NCBI GenBank assembly: GCA_010909165.1
Contig: MU008152.1
Location: forward strand, 62,001 to 126,000
DNA length: 64,000 bases
Origin: Anthoceros angustus
Lineage: Eukaryota; Plantae; Anthocerotophyta
Direction of reading: 5' to 3'
The notes beneath the pieces are model-generated. The model was not told the DNA's origin. It saw only the letters and a program-made list of their open reading frames with translations, and ran no database searches. This document shows positions 47,889 to 61,149 of the stretch, piece by piece; the first letter of the stretch is position 1, and every line of letters begins with the position of its first letter. Both the position numbers and the translations under genes were made by a program.

Positions 47889-49562
47889 CGCTCTGCATTG
47901 TACATGATTAACTTGTGTTTAATTCAACTGATTTAACTTGCTGAGAAACCAGTTGTTATTTTCCCCGCCTCTAGCCCCCGGCCTCGCTTTCCTCCTCCAG
48001 CCCCGGCTGCAAGTTTGGGGAGTTGAGCTCCGGGGCTGTAGTCATTGGGCACCAGCAAGTTAGGACTTACTCAGTTCTGCCATGGTAGAGATTAGACGTG
48101 TAATGATGCCAATGTTATGTTTATTTATTGCAATCGCTTGTGGTAACACCAATCCGTCGTTGTGATGATGATGCCATCCTGCAGGAGGCATTGCGCAGGT
48201 ACCAGCAAGGTACGCAATAAATCCCCTCTCTCCCTTCCCAGGCTCGGGCTCGCTGGAGCTGGAGCTGGAGCTGGAGCTGGAGCCCCAGTCCCTCTCCTTC
48301 CCTGACAGCTTTGTCTGCATGCATCATCATGAACATGGTGCATCATGCGTGAAAGTGGTTGAGAAATGTCCAGTGTCAGGTGATGCCGGGCTTGGATTTG
48401 TCCAGCTGTGATCTCCGGGATCCACCCAGGATGGAGGATGGAGGAAGGAGAGGGATCGGGCAGCGGCTGCAACCACTACAGGGTAGTAGCTGGTCGGCTA
48501 CATTCCTTCGAGGAAGCAGAAGCCCGGGCCCTCGAGCCGAATACGATCCTTGGGGATGAAGCAGCAAGACTGATGACCCGGACCCAACTTCTCCAACTCC
48601 CTCCATTCACCCAGTGAGGGCGAATCGAAGGCGAAGCCAAGCAAGCAAGCCAGGAAGCTCCCAAGGACCGCATGCAAGCAAAAAAAACGCATCCGAGAAC
48701 GTAAGTCTGTCGGCTTTCCATCCCCCCTGGCGTCTGGTCCTGCATCTAGCCAACATGATGTGTCGTCGCTTGCGGAGCCTTGTTTGTTTCTCTGGAACGT
48801 GGCCCACCGGTGACGTGATCAGATTCCGCGGGAGCGGGAGGGCAAGTGGCAGCCGCCCTGGCGAACCCGGCAGGCAAACCCCCGGTGGGCTGCTTGGGTT
48901 GCGCTCCGGCTCCGCGCTGCCGCAGCGCTGCCATGGGGGCCGGCCGTGGTAGGTTTTGGAGTGGAGTCTTTGACCCGGGTCGTGCGCGCTGTCTGCCCTC
49001 TAGGCGCGAGGGAGCGGTCCCACCGCACCGCCCCACCGCACCGGGAGAAGAAAGAGACAAAGTTTAACCTCGGAGTCGCAAATTGACGCCACGATTCACC
49101 CACCTTCACCTCACGACTCGGCCTTCCCCCGATCCGTAATCCGTAATCCGTAATCCGTGATCCGTCCTGTTCCGTTCCTTTCCCTTCCCTTCCCCGCCAC
49201 TCCTCCGCTCGGGGAGTCGGGACCGAGACCTTCTAGAAGCACGTGCAGCAAAGGGAAGGCGCCAGGAAGTGAGAGCAAGCACGTGTCGCGTGAACGACGG
49301 CTGGCCACACAATCGGTGCCCACCCACCGGCTGCACCTGCTCCCGAAACCGCCCACTTCGGGTCTGGGTCTGGGTCTGGGTCGTAGCTGGACCGACCTTT
49401 ACTCGCAATACGCTATGCTTTATCCAAATATTATACACACGTACATACGTTCCGCTTATCAGGTACTCCATAAGTTCCTTTCCACAAGGCTTGCAGAGAA
49501 GGGAGGGTATGAATGATAAAGCAAAATAATGTAAGGGTATCAAATCAGAATATAGTTAATAT

Positions 49563-49593
<31 letters not shown>

Positions 49594-50334
49594 CAAGTAG
49601 AAGATAAATTAAAAATATGCTAATTTCTTATCAACACTATTATAGGCATGTAGAATAGAGTGAAGTGAAGTCTTTATAAGAAATTAGCATTTTTTACTCA
49701 TCTACTTTATATTTTATTTATTAGTTAACATATATTATTTATGGCATGCTACTTATATTCTACAAAAAGAAAAAATGGTTTTTCCACCCTAAATGGGTTA
49801 TGTCATGACTTGATGGGTCATTGATGAGTCACGTTTAATTAACTTAAGATTGTTAAACAACTTATAAGACCACATGAAAAGAGCTCCCATAGCTCTTATC
49901 TCGTTAATATGTGCAGTAAAACACATAGTTAATACCATGTGTGAAAGGAGCACTTGAAAAATACAATTCAATGCACACAAAACCAAACAGTTGGTGCCCG
50001 AGCTAGAAGTTTTGAAAGAAGAACAGACCTTCAACAAACAATTACATGGAACTCAAATATTCACACAAAGCCCAAGAACTAACATGAATATCTTTAACAT
50101 ACAAGCTTTCATGTTTTGTAACCTTTCAATATAAGATTTTAAGCATGGACTAAGCAATTCAATCATGTTTCTTGTGTTGTGAATTTGTATCTTGCATGTT
50201 TTAGAGTCAAAAGATAAGTCATGAAAACAAAGTGTAAGATGTGCATAGCCACAAGACGGCCCGCACATATACGAGTTGACATAAGAACTCCACAATTACG
50301 TAGCCTATGGGCAAGTTAGTGCCGGGATAAGGTG

Positions 50335-50505
50335 CCATCCTCTTGGTGGTTTGAAAAAAAAACAATTGTAAATTGATCCCTATTGGTGGTTTGAAAAAAA
50401 AAAAAAAACTTGTAAATTGTGCCACCTCATCCTCTCGGTGGTTTGAAAAACACTTGTAAATTGGCCCCTCTTGGTGGGTTGAGGAAAAAAAACTTGTAAA
50501 TCGTC
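50335..50505. repeat. Four imperfect ~40-bp repeats
   Basis: cctcttggtggtttgaaaaa(n)acttgtaaattg occurs four times with variable A-tracts. Confidence 0.8.
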
Positions 50506-50551
50506 CTAGGATTCTCTTCGTTGATGATGATCATCATCAGCATCATCATCG

Positions 50552-50693
<142 letters not shown>

Positions 50694-51204
50694 GAGGTAG
50701 CTAGAGCAGCTTTAAACTTCTTACTATCAAAAGAGTGATATTTATGTGTTTTAAATTTCAAAAAAAAGGTGTTTAAGCTGTTTAACTTTTATATGACGTT
50801 TTGTTAACTAACCTCAATGATGATAATAGCGTAGCATGAGTGCAAGCCAAGACGATGCATGTTGTGGCAAATTCCATGTCATCCTAGGGCCAATGTTCAG
50901 TGGTAAACTAGTAGTTTGCTAAAGTGGATGCAAGGATACAAGAAAACGAATATATGCTATATAGAACATATTACACCAAGGTTGCATGAAGTTTTTACTC
51001 TCAACAGTATGGTGGTTATGCAAGCTTTTTAAAGAAAGGAACTTGAGTGTATGACCGTCGGCTCCATATGTAAAGCATACCAACGCTCCCTCCAAGCCAT
51101 ATAACCACTTTCACAAGTCATTGCAAATATAACGTCATGAATGGCATCCTGGGTGGTAATACGTTAGGTAATAGATGCACAGATACTTAAGCAAAGATAC
51201 TCAC

Positions 51205-51325
51205 CTTATTTCGGAAAATTGACTATACAATGATACAAATTGAAAATGTAATTTTCACGACCAAGTCTTATTTCGGAAAATTGACTATACAATGATACAA
51301 ATTGAAAATGTAATTTTCACGACCA
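51205..51325. repeat. 62-bp-period tandem duplication
   Basis: cttatttcggaaaattgactatacaatgatacaaattgaaaatgtaattttcacgacca starts at 51205 and again at 51267. Confidence 0.95.
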
Positions 51326-52369
51326 CTTGGTTTGATTGGCACAACTTGTCCAACATTATCATAGTTGGCCAGAAATTGATGAAGCAACGAGGCTTGGCAA
51401 TCATAAAGAAGGTAAGAACAGGCGTGGGGGCAAAAGTGAGTAACATTCGACGCGAGACACATCCCGACCCGAAGCCATCTTAAACAGCATGCAGAGACAT
51501 CGTGGCCATGGCAAGCAAGAAGAAGGGAGTCACGTTGAAGGGCAGCGCAAAGAAGAGAAGGAACTAGGGCGGATTTGATGAAGATCGTAGCTGAAAAGGA
51601 GGAGGAGCTCATGCGGGTGAGGGAGGCGAATAGCTCAGGGCTGAAGTAGCGAAAAGTGTGTTGTCTGACCTCGAAGACAAAGGTAGCGGTGGCTACGACG
51701 GTGGTAAAATTAACATCATGGTACTTGCATGGTATTTTGGTGGGATGATATGCAAGCCCTCTGCTAGAAATGTGTGATCGTATAGACTACTATCTCCTGA
51801 TGATGCCTCAAACCAATTAGTCAGCCCCTTATTTCCAACAGCACTTGGAGGATTCATTCCTTCATCCTCGCTAATGCCATCCAAATTCCTGATGCCCAAT
51901 TCTATTTTGGGACGTCGTGTGGAGTTACTTAGCTCATAGTCAATGATGTTGTCTCCCTCATTGTCAAGTTGGCATACCCTAGACATCTTTGCACAATTGT
52001 TTCTTTCGCTTCTCCAAGGCTCATTAATGATGCCTCCGACCAATTAGTTGCAGCCCTCTATTTCCAGCAACACATGGAGGATTCATTCCTTCTTCATTCT
52101 TTGATGATTCCTTCAACCAATTAGCTACTACGCCCTTTTCCCAGTCTACAAATGAAATCATGATGTGCGAAACCTTTCGATGGAGTATTATAGGATGCCG
52201 AGATTTCTCATATGTGACATTGTTGTGCATGTAAGACCTTCTTTTATTATTTAGTCACCGCACTTCCATCGATTTTATAAATTTGTTTTTGCATAATATA
52301 TTAAATACGGGTTGATATTTTAAAATATTTAACATCATAAGTTAGTATTTTATAGAACTAATTAGTAAA

Positions 52370-52839
52370 ACCAACCCTCCAGGTTGGGCAGCGGAAGGGA
52401 CTGCAACTAAGAAAATTTACAAGTACAAGCCCATGCAGCAAGGTCACATTTTCATCCCCTTGCAATTGAAACCCATTGGTCTTGGGTAAGGAGTTTTCTC
52501 GTTTTGTCACGGAGTGTGCAATGGCCTACCACAACGACAGGGGCGGGGTTGGCCTCCCCCTTTCCAATATCATGGCATATTTCAGGCAACAGGTTTCCAT
52601 CGTCCTGCAAAGTGCGTTGGCTAGCGCCATCCTTAGGACACGAGTGCAGCAGATGTGGCATCGGCGGCACCAATGGTAAGTAGGCCCTTCTCTCTCAGAT
52701 GGCGACATCTTTGGGACGGTTGGGGGTTATAGCATAGATTAGTGTGGGGGCACGCCCCCTAGTGTCCCGTCGTGGGTTGTTCCCTTTCGCCTCGGGGTAG
52801 ATGAGATTTCCCATCCCGTTCCTTTTATAAAGTCTCCAC
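52370..52839 (+). mobile_element. 5'-truncated CRE-like retroelement tail (family B)
   Basis: KIYKYKPMQQGHIFIPL...MAYFRQQVSIVLQSALASAIL. The 3' end is ataaagtctccac, followed by attatcat. Confidence 0.85.
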
Positions 52840-53219
52840 ATTATCATGAGTAAAATATGATGATGCTTGACTTCTCAAACTTAAAATTTCTTCTTCTTCT
52901 TCTTCTTCAAAGAATCAAAAAAATGAACTAAGATTACTTAGCTATGTTATATTATTCATTTATTAAATATATAGATAAAAATAAGAAAAATACAGTATTA
53001 CCTACTTTAAAACAAATAATATTTGAATGATTAAGCCTCAAAACTCAGCCACAAAAGCTCACAAACTACTGACCTATGTACTTTAATATGTAGATCCATT
53101 GTATTTTATTATAAAAATAAATTTAAAAATTACAATGAATAATATTTATGATAACTAACTCTTTCCTATAATATTTTAAAGTTATCTAGAAAAGCATTAA
53201 TATTTTCAACTCCTATGCA

Positions 53220-54070
53220 GGTTGGATGTACCCAAAGCCTTTTTAAGTATTTACATAGATACTTATGTAATTGTCGAATAGGTCTGTGTTGCAGATGTGG
53301 TTGTAACAGACCCTATGGATGTACCTAAAGCCTTTTTAAGTATTTACATAGATACTTATGTAAGTGTCGAATAGGTCTGTGTTGCAGATGTGGTTGTAAC
53401 AGACCCTACTTGGGATACCGCATTGAACATGTCATCATCAAACCGTACTCGGGATACCGTCTACAAGCATGTCATCATCAACCCCTCCAGGTTGGGCAGC
53501 AGAGGGATGCACTACAGGGTTCACAAGTGGTTCACAAGTATGCAGGAAGGCCATGCTTTCATTCCTCATTGAGACACATGGGGCTATGGGCAAGGACTTC
53601 TCGAGGTTTATCAAAGGCTTGTACAAAGCATACTACATCCGCAAGAACGAGGTAAGTCTTTTTCTTTCCTTTGTGCTGGCTTTCTTCTGGCAATGAATAT
53701 CCAGTGCTCTGCATAGGACGTTGGCAAACGCAACGAATATTCATTGCTTTGCATAGGAGGTTGGCAAACGCAATTCTCAAGCCAAGTTTGAATGCGAGAA
53801 CGTAACATCTTCCGCTCCGGTGTTAGTAGGCCCTTCCTTATTCCAGACTATGACATGCTGGGAGCATCAGGTAGGTTCAAAGTAAACGTTCGAGGAGACA
53901 TTCGAGGAGCTAGGTAGGTTAAAAGTAAACATTCGAAGAGACGTTCGAGGAGCTGGGTAGGTTCATAGTAAACATTCGAGGATAGTTCCAGGAGCCTAGT
54001 CCCTCTTGGCCTGGGACCCTCTAGAGGGTTATTCCTATCCTATCGCTCCAATGTAGATGGGACTTCCGGA
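53220..54070 (+). mobile_element. CRE-like retroelement 3' fragment (family B) with internal duplications
   Basis: ADVVVTDPT occurs twice through a ~93-bp tandem duplication (53224/53317), followed by ETHGAMGKDFSRFIKGLYKAYY. Three 43-bp repeats lie at 53869-53997 in the 3' UTR. The tail gtagatgggacttcc matches the other family B copies. Confidence 0.8.
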
Positions 54071-55647
54071 TGTCTACACGTTTACCTATGTAGGTATATA
54101 TGTATGTATATAAATATATACGTGCGACATACATTTAATGCGCCTGCAATACCCATCTACGGATAAAGCAGAAAAATGAAAACCCCAAAACGGGGTCACG
54201 CGTGCCATCGAATATGAATCCACTCCACATCACGGGGCCGTCGGCCTAATCACGGGCTCTGTGACAGGACCCCGGTTTGTACAAAGGCCGCGCATTGATG
54301 CGCCCTGCTTAAGCCCAATTCTAACAGAACGGAGCGGGACAGAGCTGGACGGGACGGGACGAAAAACAACGGAACGGGAAGGAACGGAACAGCACGGGAC
54401 GGGACGGGACGGGACGGGGCGCGAGAAAGAATCATCGGGGCGCCTGCGCAGAAAATGCGTGCCCCTGTGCTTGCGCCTGCCTTCACGCTGAGCACTGAAG
54501 CTTATGGGCTGCCAGGCTCCAGGCAGATGAGAGTGCCATAGAACCCTCTCTCTCTCGCCTCGCACAGCATCGGCCTCGACGCCAGCGGCGAGGTCTGGTT
54601 GCTCTTGCTCTCTCTGCTCAGCATCAGCTCAAGCCCAAGTGCCCATCAAGCTCAGGCTTCAGGTTAGCAGGCAGCTTGTGCAGCCCCTCCCCGACACTCT
54701 GCTGCTAATCTGGGCTCCCCCTCAAGCGGACAGAGAGCAGGCTTTGAGGCGGCCCGAGCTCGGGCTGAGATGAGGTCAAGCGGCAGTGGACTGGCTGACT
54801 GACCGCCCCCCTCCCCCTCTCTCTATCGTCCCCGCCTCCAGACCAGCAGCAGCAGCGGCAGCCACGGCAGAGCAGGGCAGCGCACACAGGCATCGCCAGC
54901 GGCACCAAGTGGTTCCTCCAAGGATTAGCTGTAGCCCAGGCCCCTCTCGGCTCCCCCCAGCACAGTCCTTCCTTCCCTCGCTTCTTTCTGCTCTCTTCTG
55001 CCTGGCTGCATGGTGAGGCGGGCTTCGCTCCTGGGGCCGCCGAAGGCTTGGGTTTATCGCCTCTTCCATGCTCTCGGGCTGGGCGGTGGTTAGCGTTGGG
55101 TAGCCTTGCCTTGCTTCCATTGCTTTTGTTTCCCTGGAAGTGTGCGACGCCCGCTCGGCTCGGCGGGGCTGACGGAGGAACTCCACGAGTGGAAGGGAAT
55201 TCCTGCCCTCCCAGGCCGCCGCTGCTCTGCTGCGCCCGCTCCCGGATTGTGGTACCGTATTCCTCCATCCCCCGCCCTCGGGCCCTGGCAATTTCGTTGC
55301 TCTTGCATCTGCTGCTGCGTCTCTGCCTCTGCCTCTGCCTCTGCCTGCCTGCTGGTGTGAACGTGCACTCCCGGGGATCCAGATCTTAGCAGGGAGGCAG
55401 CCGCAGACAGGTCCTGCTGTCCTGTCCCCCTCTTCTTTCCTCTCTCCACTGTAGATCCCGATTACCCTAAGGTGTTTCACAGCTGGGCACGAGGCGGTGA
55501 ATGTGCCAGTGTGTCCATCTTGTGGGAGGCCTGTGGGAGCGCGGGGGCAGCGCCATTCCTGGGGGTTGTTGCGGGCTAATGCGCAAGAGGAAAGCGTGAG
55601 GAGCAGGAAGAGGAAGAGGAGCAAGGGCGATCGGGGATTTGGCGGCG

Positions 55648-58349
55648 ATGATGCTCAACGTGGATGCCGGGTACAAGGGGTCGTCGGGGGAGAGCCCCAG
55701 CTCTATCATCTCCGCCTGTGTGGACTCGGAGTCAGACCTAGATAGCGGTAGATCGTTCCAGCACATGCTGGCCACGGAAGACGATGAGGACGCGGAGAGG
55801 CGGGCCGGGCTCGATGACATGGCGGTGAACAGCGTAGCCGCCCGCAGCGGGTTCGGGGCCAGCGGGAGCTTCGCAGAGAGACTGGCCAGGAGGGTGGACG
55901 GTGTAGGCTCTGCCCGCCAGTCTACTGCCCGCTTCAAGACTGTGCCGCCCTCTCGCCTCCAGTCCATCTCACGGGCCTGTGTTACTATTCCTCCTGGCCT
56001 TAGTCCCACCACTCTTCTTGATTCACCGGTTCTCTTGCCTTCATCGCAGGTGTGTCTTTTTTCTGCAAAATGTCCCTTCCTTCCTTCCTTCCTTACTTCC
56101 CTGCCTTGCCTTGCCTTGCCCTTAGGGACCCGTGGGAACCCGCCCTTCTTCTTCCTCTTCTCTCGCCCCTTCCCTGCTTGTCGTTGTGTCCGGGCTGTGT
56201 CAGATTGTGTGCAGACGTAAAGGTTGCTGCTTTTTCATCTTGGCTCTCGGTTTCTTTTCTAACTTTGGGTGGCCGCTAAATTTTTTTGACTGAGGGAAGT
56301 GTCTCTTTGACGTCCGGTTGTCGCATCTGTTTAATGTCAGCAGGCAGAGCCGTCTCCGACAACAGGCAATTTTCCCCTGCCCCCCTTTCTGGATGGGGCT
56401 GTTGCACCTATCAATGCCAAGCCAGCACCTCCGCATGTCCAGGATCCTCCTCTTAAGGAGCGGACTTTAGATCATACGACTCCTCTTGGGCTGGGTTTGA
56501 AAGCTCTGTTGAACAAGCTGATTCCTCGGAACTCGCCACTTGCTGGCCCAGTTGGGCTTCCGCCCTCTTCTGCTATCGAGGTAATGAAATGGCTTGTCTC
56601 TCTGTCTCGCTCTGTGCCATACAGATAAATGTTGGACTAGTGACAAGGTCGCCTCGATTTTACAGGCACCATATTCCCTTCAACAGAAGCTCCTGGAGTC
56701 TTCCGCACAAGTGTCTGCGGCAGCGCTGCCTCCCACACCACTTCCATTGGCCGAACAAGTTCAGCCTCTAGGAGCACCATCCACGGCCGCAACATCTTCT
56801 CCGCTGACTATTGAGGATACTGCATCGTCAGTACCCCTTGACGATTCTGTCCCAATGGATGTTCAATCCAAGCCTCAGGAGACTGATCGTCGCATGCCTG
56901 AAATCGAGCAGCAAGGAACAATTGGTCAGTCGTCTGTCACTTTTGTGGAAAGGCCGTCGGAAGATGGTTATAACTGGCGGAAGTATGGGCAGAAGCAGGT
57001 GAAGGGGAGCGAGTTTCCTCGTAGCTACTACAAATGCACTCACCCGAATTGCCCTATGAAGAAGAAAGTGGAGCGCTCGCATGATGGCCAGGTTACAGAG
57101 ATAATCTACAAGGGCGACCATAACCATCAAAGACCCTTGCCAACCAGGAGGTTGTCTGTAGCGGTGGGAGCTGTGCATATGTTGAACGACGGGGACAAGG
57201 GTGATGGATCTGAGGCATGGGGAGGTTTTCAAACTGGTGCACCAGATGTTCTCGGCAAGCATGACAGGCTTTCAGATGGAAGAAACTCGTCAATCTATGC
57301 AACCGGTACACCTGAACCATCATCTTCATCCACTAGTGATGGGGACGATGATGAGGATGGCGATATCAAGGATGAAGGCAATGAAGAAGAGCGGGAAGCC
57401 AAACGAAGGTAAATCTTCTCCTGATTTCGGTGGCCCACTTTGGGGAACTTACCAGTCCAAGGTTCTCACATGGTACGGGCACTGTCTATTGCAGACGGAG
57501 GGAGAGGAGAGCAAGGGAAGCTGCTGCACAAGTTGCGGCAGCTCCTCCACCCAGAATCAATCGTGAACCTCGCGTCGTGGTGCAAACAACCAGTGAGGTT
57601 GACATTCTGGATGATGGCTATCGTTGGCGCAAATATGGACAGAAGGTGGTTAAGGGTAACCCACACCCTCGGTGAGTATATCTTGAAGATCCGCACATAG
57701 CTTTTTGCAGGCTCCTGTATGGATTGCTCACTCCTGCTGTATTCTCATTTGCAGGAGCTATTATAAATGCACAAATCTGGGCTGCCCTGTCCGGAAACAT
57801 GTGGAGAGGGCTTCAAATGACCCCAAGTCTGTGATCACAACATATGAGGGCAAACACAACCATGATGTTCCAGCAGCCAGGAACAGTGGTGGTGGCCATG
57901 AGCCAGCTGTTATAGGTGGTGCTTCAGCACCCTCTCAGAGTGCGAGCATCAATTCCATGTCTTCGGCAGCTACGTCGTTGCAGGATCAGGGATCCCGCAT
58001 TCCTCGGCGTGGGTCTATCTTTGGCGGGATGCTTGAGGATCGGTCCAAGAAGATGGATAATGGCCGCAGCATATTGAGTATGGACCTTAGGAACCAGGAC
58101 CATGGTGGCAGTGGAGATGTACCTCTGATGTCCATCCCCATGAGCCTTGGTTCCCGACCAAGTGGTGAACTCGGGAGGCCGCCCTTTAACATGGAGTCCT
58201 TGGCTGGAAGGGTGGATTTTGCTAGGCCAAAGCAGGAGCAGGCAGAGGAGTACAATCGTGACAACCCGAACGCTCAGCAGCAAAGACTATCTGCGTCCAA
58301 TCCATCCTTCCACCAAAATTTGCCTCCCAGATTATTGCTTGGTCCTTGA
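55648..58349 (+). CDS. WRKY: Group I WRKY transcription factor (two WRKY domains)
   Basis: Five exons. [22 protein letters not shown] and AEPSPTTG; WRKYGQK + CTHPNC...HNH; second WRKYGQK with the PR intron + CTNLGC...HNH. Stop at 58349. Confidence 0.96.
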
Positions 58350-59164
58350 GTTGTTGTAACTAATTATGTTGGCCTAGTTGGTATGCTGTACCAACTTGTG
58401 GAACCCCGAAGTCCGCTTTGGGAGTGTGGTGGGCAGCACCCTTCCAGACGTTGATGTTATTGCTGCTCTTGACGGCGGAAGTCTTCTGTAGAGTTGTAAG
58501 GGAGCGCTGATCAAAGTATGTAGTTCTGCATAGGTGTTGGCCAACACGCTCCATGTAAATTACGTGGATAAGGTTCAAAGCTGAGGACCCCTTTTGTCGT
58601 GGGCCCATTTGTACCGTCCTAAACACATGCCCATAGTTTACTTGAACGACTTCTGTCTGTTCTTTCATCCACATGATATAGCTGTAGAGTCTGCATGCTC
58701 CTTCTTTCAATGTTTACTGTTCACCTCTATCTATGTTTGGTGTTCAGAGCAGTAAAGCCAGGCAGGATGCACAGTCAGAACTCTCATCAGCATTGTGGCA
58801 CCCTCAATTCAGACATGTCAATTGCCAATAGTGGACTGCATTCCAATTGTAAAGCGGTGGACTGTGGACTTTTTTATGACCTGTTACATGCTATCAATAC
58901 ACGAAACTCATAATGTCTATCGTATGCACATATATACAGCGCAGTCGTTCAACAGTTGGCAGGTCCAGTGCCAGCAAGTAGTGCCAGACCACGCTCAGGA
59001 CAAACAGAACAAGAAGTAAGCACACAGTGCTGGGCGTTTCCGCAGGCTGTAGGCTCTGCATGCCTTGATGAATCTAATATGTGTATGTAGGTTGAATTGT
59101 TTGACGGCTAGCATACTACATAGATACGACATGAGACTTTGAAACCGGTCGGCACTACCAGAAG

Positions 59165-59867
59165 ATGGAGAGCACGTACAGCGTGTGGGCCGAGGTTCCT
59201 ACAGAGGAGACCCGCTTAAGGGAGGCCATGGCGGCTCTAAGGGGCGAGTTCGGGGGCCCCGCTTTCGAGCCCCATGTCACAGTCCTCGGGGCGCACCGGA
59301 TGCCGCTGCAAAAAGCCTCCGAAGCTCTGCAGACACTCTGCGCCTCCCTGCCACCTTACCGCTGCAGCTTCCTCCGAGTAGATTCCGGCCAGGACTACTT
59401 CCAGTGTGTCTACCTGCTCGGGGACCCTTCAGAACAGGTGCTTCTGCACGCAACCTTACTGGATGCATTTCCTCATACTTTTCCTCAGGCAAGGAAGTGA
59501 TCAGAATTCTGGTGATGGAGCAGGTCGTGAAAGCAAATAAGAAGGCCAAGCTTACCTTCGGCCAGGAGGCTGGCAAGTCCAGTAAGCTTCCCACCTATTT
59601 GTGTTAGGCACCCTTGAGCATGCATGCGTCCGATAATAATTTCTCGTCCTGTTAGCAGCTTACATGCCGCACCTGAGCTTGCTGTATGGCGATCTGTCCA
59701 AGGAAGAGAAAGAAAGGGCCCAAGCTCGAGCTGCTGAGCTTCTTCCGCAGTTGGAGGCAACAGAGTTTGACGTGCGACGTCTTTCGTTATGGAAAACAGA
59801 TCCACAGGATAAGCTTTTAGGTAGCTGGGAGAAGGTTGCTGAGCTTCCACTTGAATGCAGCAAGTGA
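59165..59867 (+). CDS. Cyclic phosphodiesterase (2H phosphoesterase, plant CPDase type)
   Basis: YSVWA...FEPHVT and YMPHLSLLYGDL (paired HxT/S motifs), YFQCVYLL, LSLWKTD. Three exons, the second intron with a GC donor at 59573. Confidence 0.92.
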
Positions 59868-60450
59868 GATGAATGTGCACCGACCACTGAAGGTGTGAAA
59901 GCTTGCTTGCTTGCTAGGAAACAACCGTCTGGAGAGTAACATGTACAGTATATCACAAACAGTATCAGAGGCCTGTGATCTCCAACGTGAACAACAATTG
60001 CTTTCAAGCGTCAAAGAATAAAGTTTTCCACAGTCTGTCTCGCCAAGCCTTCAAAGGACAAGAAGCATATATGATACACCATAGCAGACCAACAACACGG
60101 CTCCATGATCGTGGATGACCACGGTAAGCTCGGGAGAATAGAACAGCACCTCACAGAGAACGGACAGCAAAACAGTTCACGGCCGACTGAATCTCAGAGC
60201 AAGAGGAGGGAACTGGAGGACCTTATGTTACACTCTTAATGACAATGAACACAACCAAGAAACCCTAGCACAGCTGAGCTGGGCTGAGCTTGTTGTCAGT
60301 ACGATACGCCTTGTTGGACAGGTTGAATTCGAGGCGATAGGAAGCTCAAGCTGGTTGCCTTTCCAACTGACTGTACACTTGTGCTTGTGCAGCTCGCTCC
60401 CGGCTTTCCCCGGATTGACTTAGTGTACAACAAATCCGTCGAGACTCCGT

Positions 60451-61149
60451 TCACAAGGCAGGCTCCTCCAGAATCGCAGTCACCAGATCATTGATCCGGG
60501 GAAAGGCAGCTCGCTCACTTAGCTGATTCTGCGTCCACAACAAGAGCTTAAGCAGGCTAGGGAGCTTCGGATCCTTCTCGTGGCTCTGGCTTGTAAGGAT
60601 GGCCGCGTTGAGCTCACTGGCAGTCTTCTGCCGCTGCGACATATCCAGCAGATCTCCCACGGGGCAGGACGCGGTATCCTCGAAGGCGAGCAAGGCCACA
60701 GTCCGCTCCAACTCCTCCAAGAAGGCGTGATTCTCCTCCCCCCGGGGCGCCAATTCCTCCTGCGCGAACTCCAGGGCCTCCTCCACCTTACCCCCTCGGA
60801 TAAGCTCGATAAGGCGCTGCTGCTGCAGGTGGAAGAAGAGGTGCGGGTTGGTGTCCAGGATCTCGGGGTTGAGGTCGTTCACGCGCTCGATGGCGTCCTG
60901 GACGTTCCCGCACTGCACAGCCTTCCGCACCGCCATGCGATCTGTGATGGTGGCCAGATCGATGTCGGGGTGCGTCCCACTCTCCTGCTGGAACTTCTGC
61001 GCTGCCTCCACGAAGCCCTCGGTGACCAGGTAGTTCATCACCAGCTTATTGAGATCCTCCTTGCGCACGCGCACCGCTGCCAGCTTCTTCTCCCATTCCT
61101 CACGCGTGATCACCTTCTTGCTGCAGGACGACTCCCCGCCCCGCCCCAT
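60451..61149 (-). CDS. GID8: GID8/TWA1 homolog (LisH-CTLH-CRA subunit of the GID/CTLH E3 complex), intronless
   Basis: Single 232-aa ORF: KKVITREEWEKKL, LNKLVMNYLVTEGFVEAAQKFQQESG (LisH), LFFHLQQQRLIELIR (CTLH), LEELERTVALLAF, QRQKTASELNAAIL (CRA). Confidence 0.95.
   Translation of the reverse strand: MGRGGESSCSKKVITREEWEKKLAAVRVRKEDLNKLVMNYLVTEGFVEAAQKFQQESGTHPDIDLATITDRMAVRKAVQCGNVQDAIERVNDLNPEILDTNPHLFFHLQQQRLIELIRGGKVEEALEFAQEELAPRGEENHAFLEELERTVALLAFEDTASCPVGDLLDMSQRQKTASELNAAILTSQSHEKDPKLPSLLKLLLWTQNQLSERAAFPRINDLVTAILEEPAL

Noticed and set aside
51400-52230. Minus-strand ORFs with a repeated EGMNPP segment
   Set aside because: A ~70-bp dispersed repeat (51803, 52029) in decayed, probably TE-derived DNA; no assignable product.
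53869-53997. 43-bp repeats as a possible CRISPR or regulatory array
   Set aside because: No unique spacers; they lie inside a retroelement 3' UTR.
54776-55624. 282-aa minus-strand ORF with a signal-peptide-like start
   Set aside because: Starts at TTG. The hydrophobic stretch is the reverse complement of a GA-rich WRKY leader, and the rest is low-complexity GC DNA.
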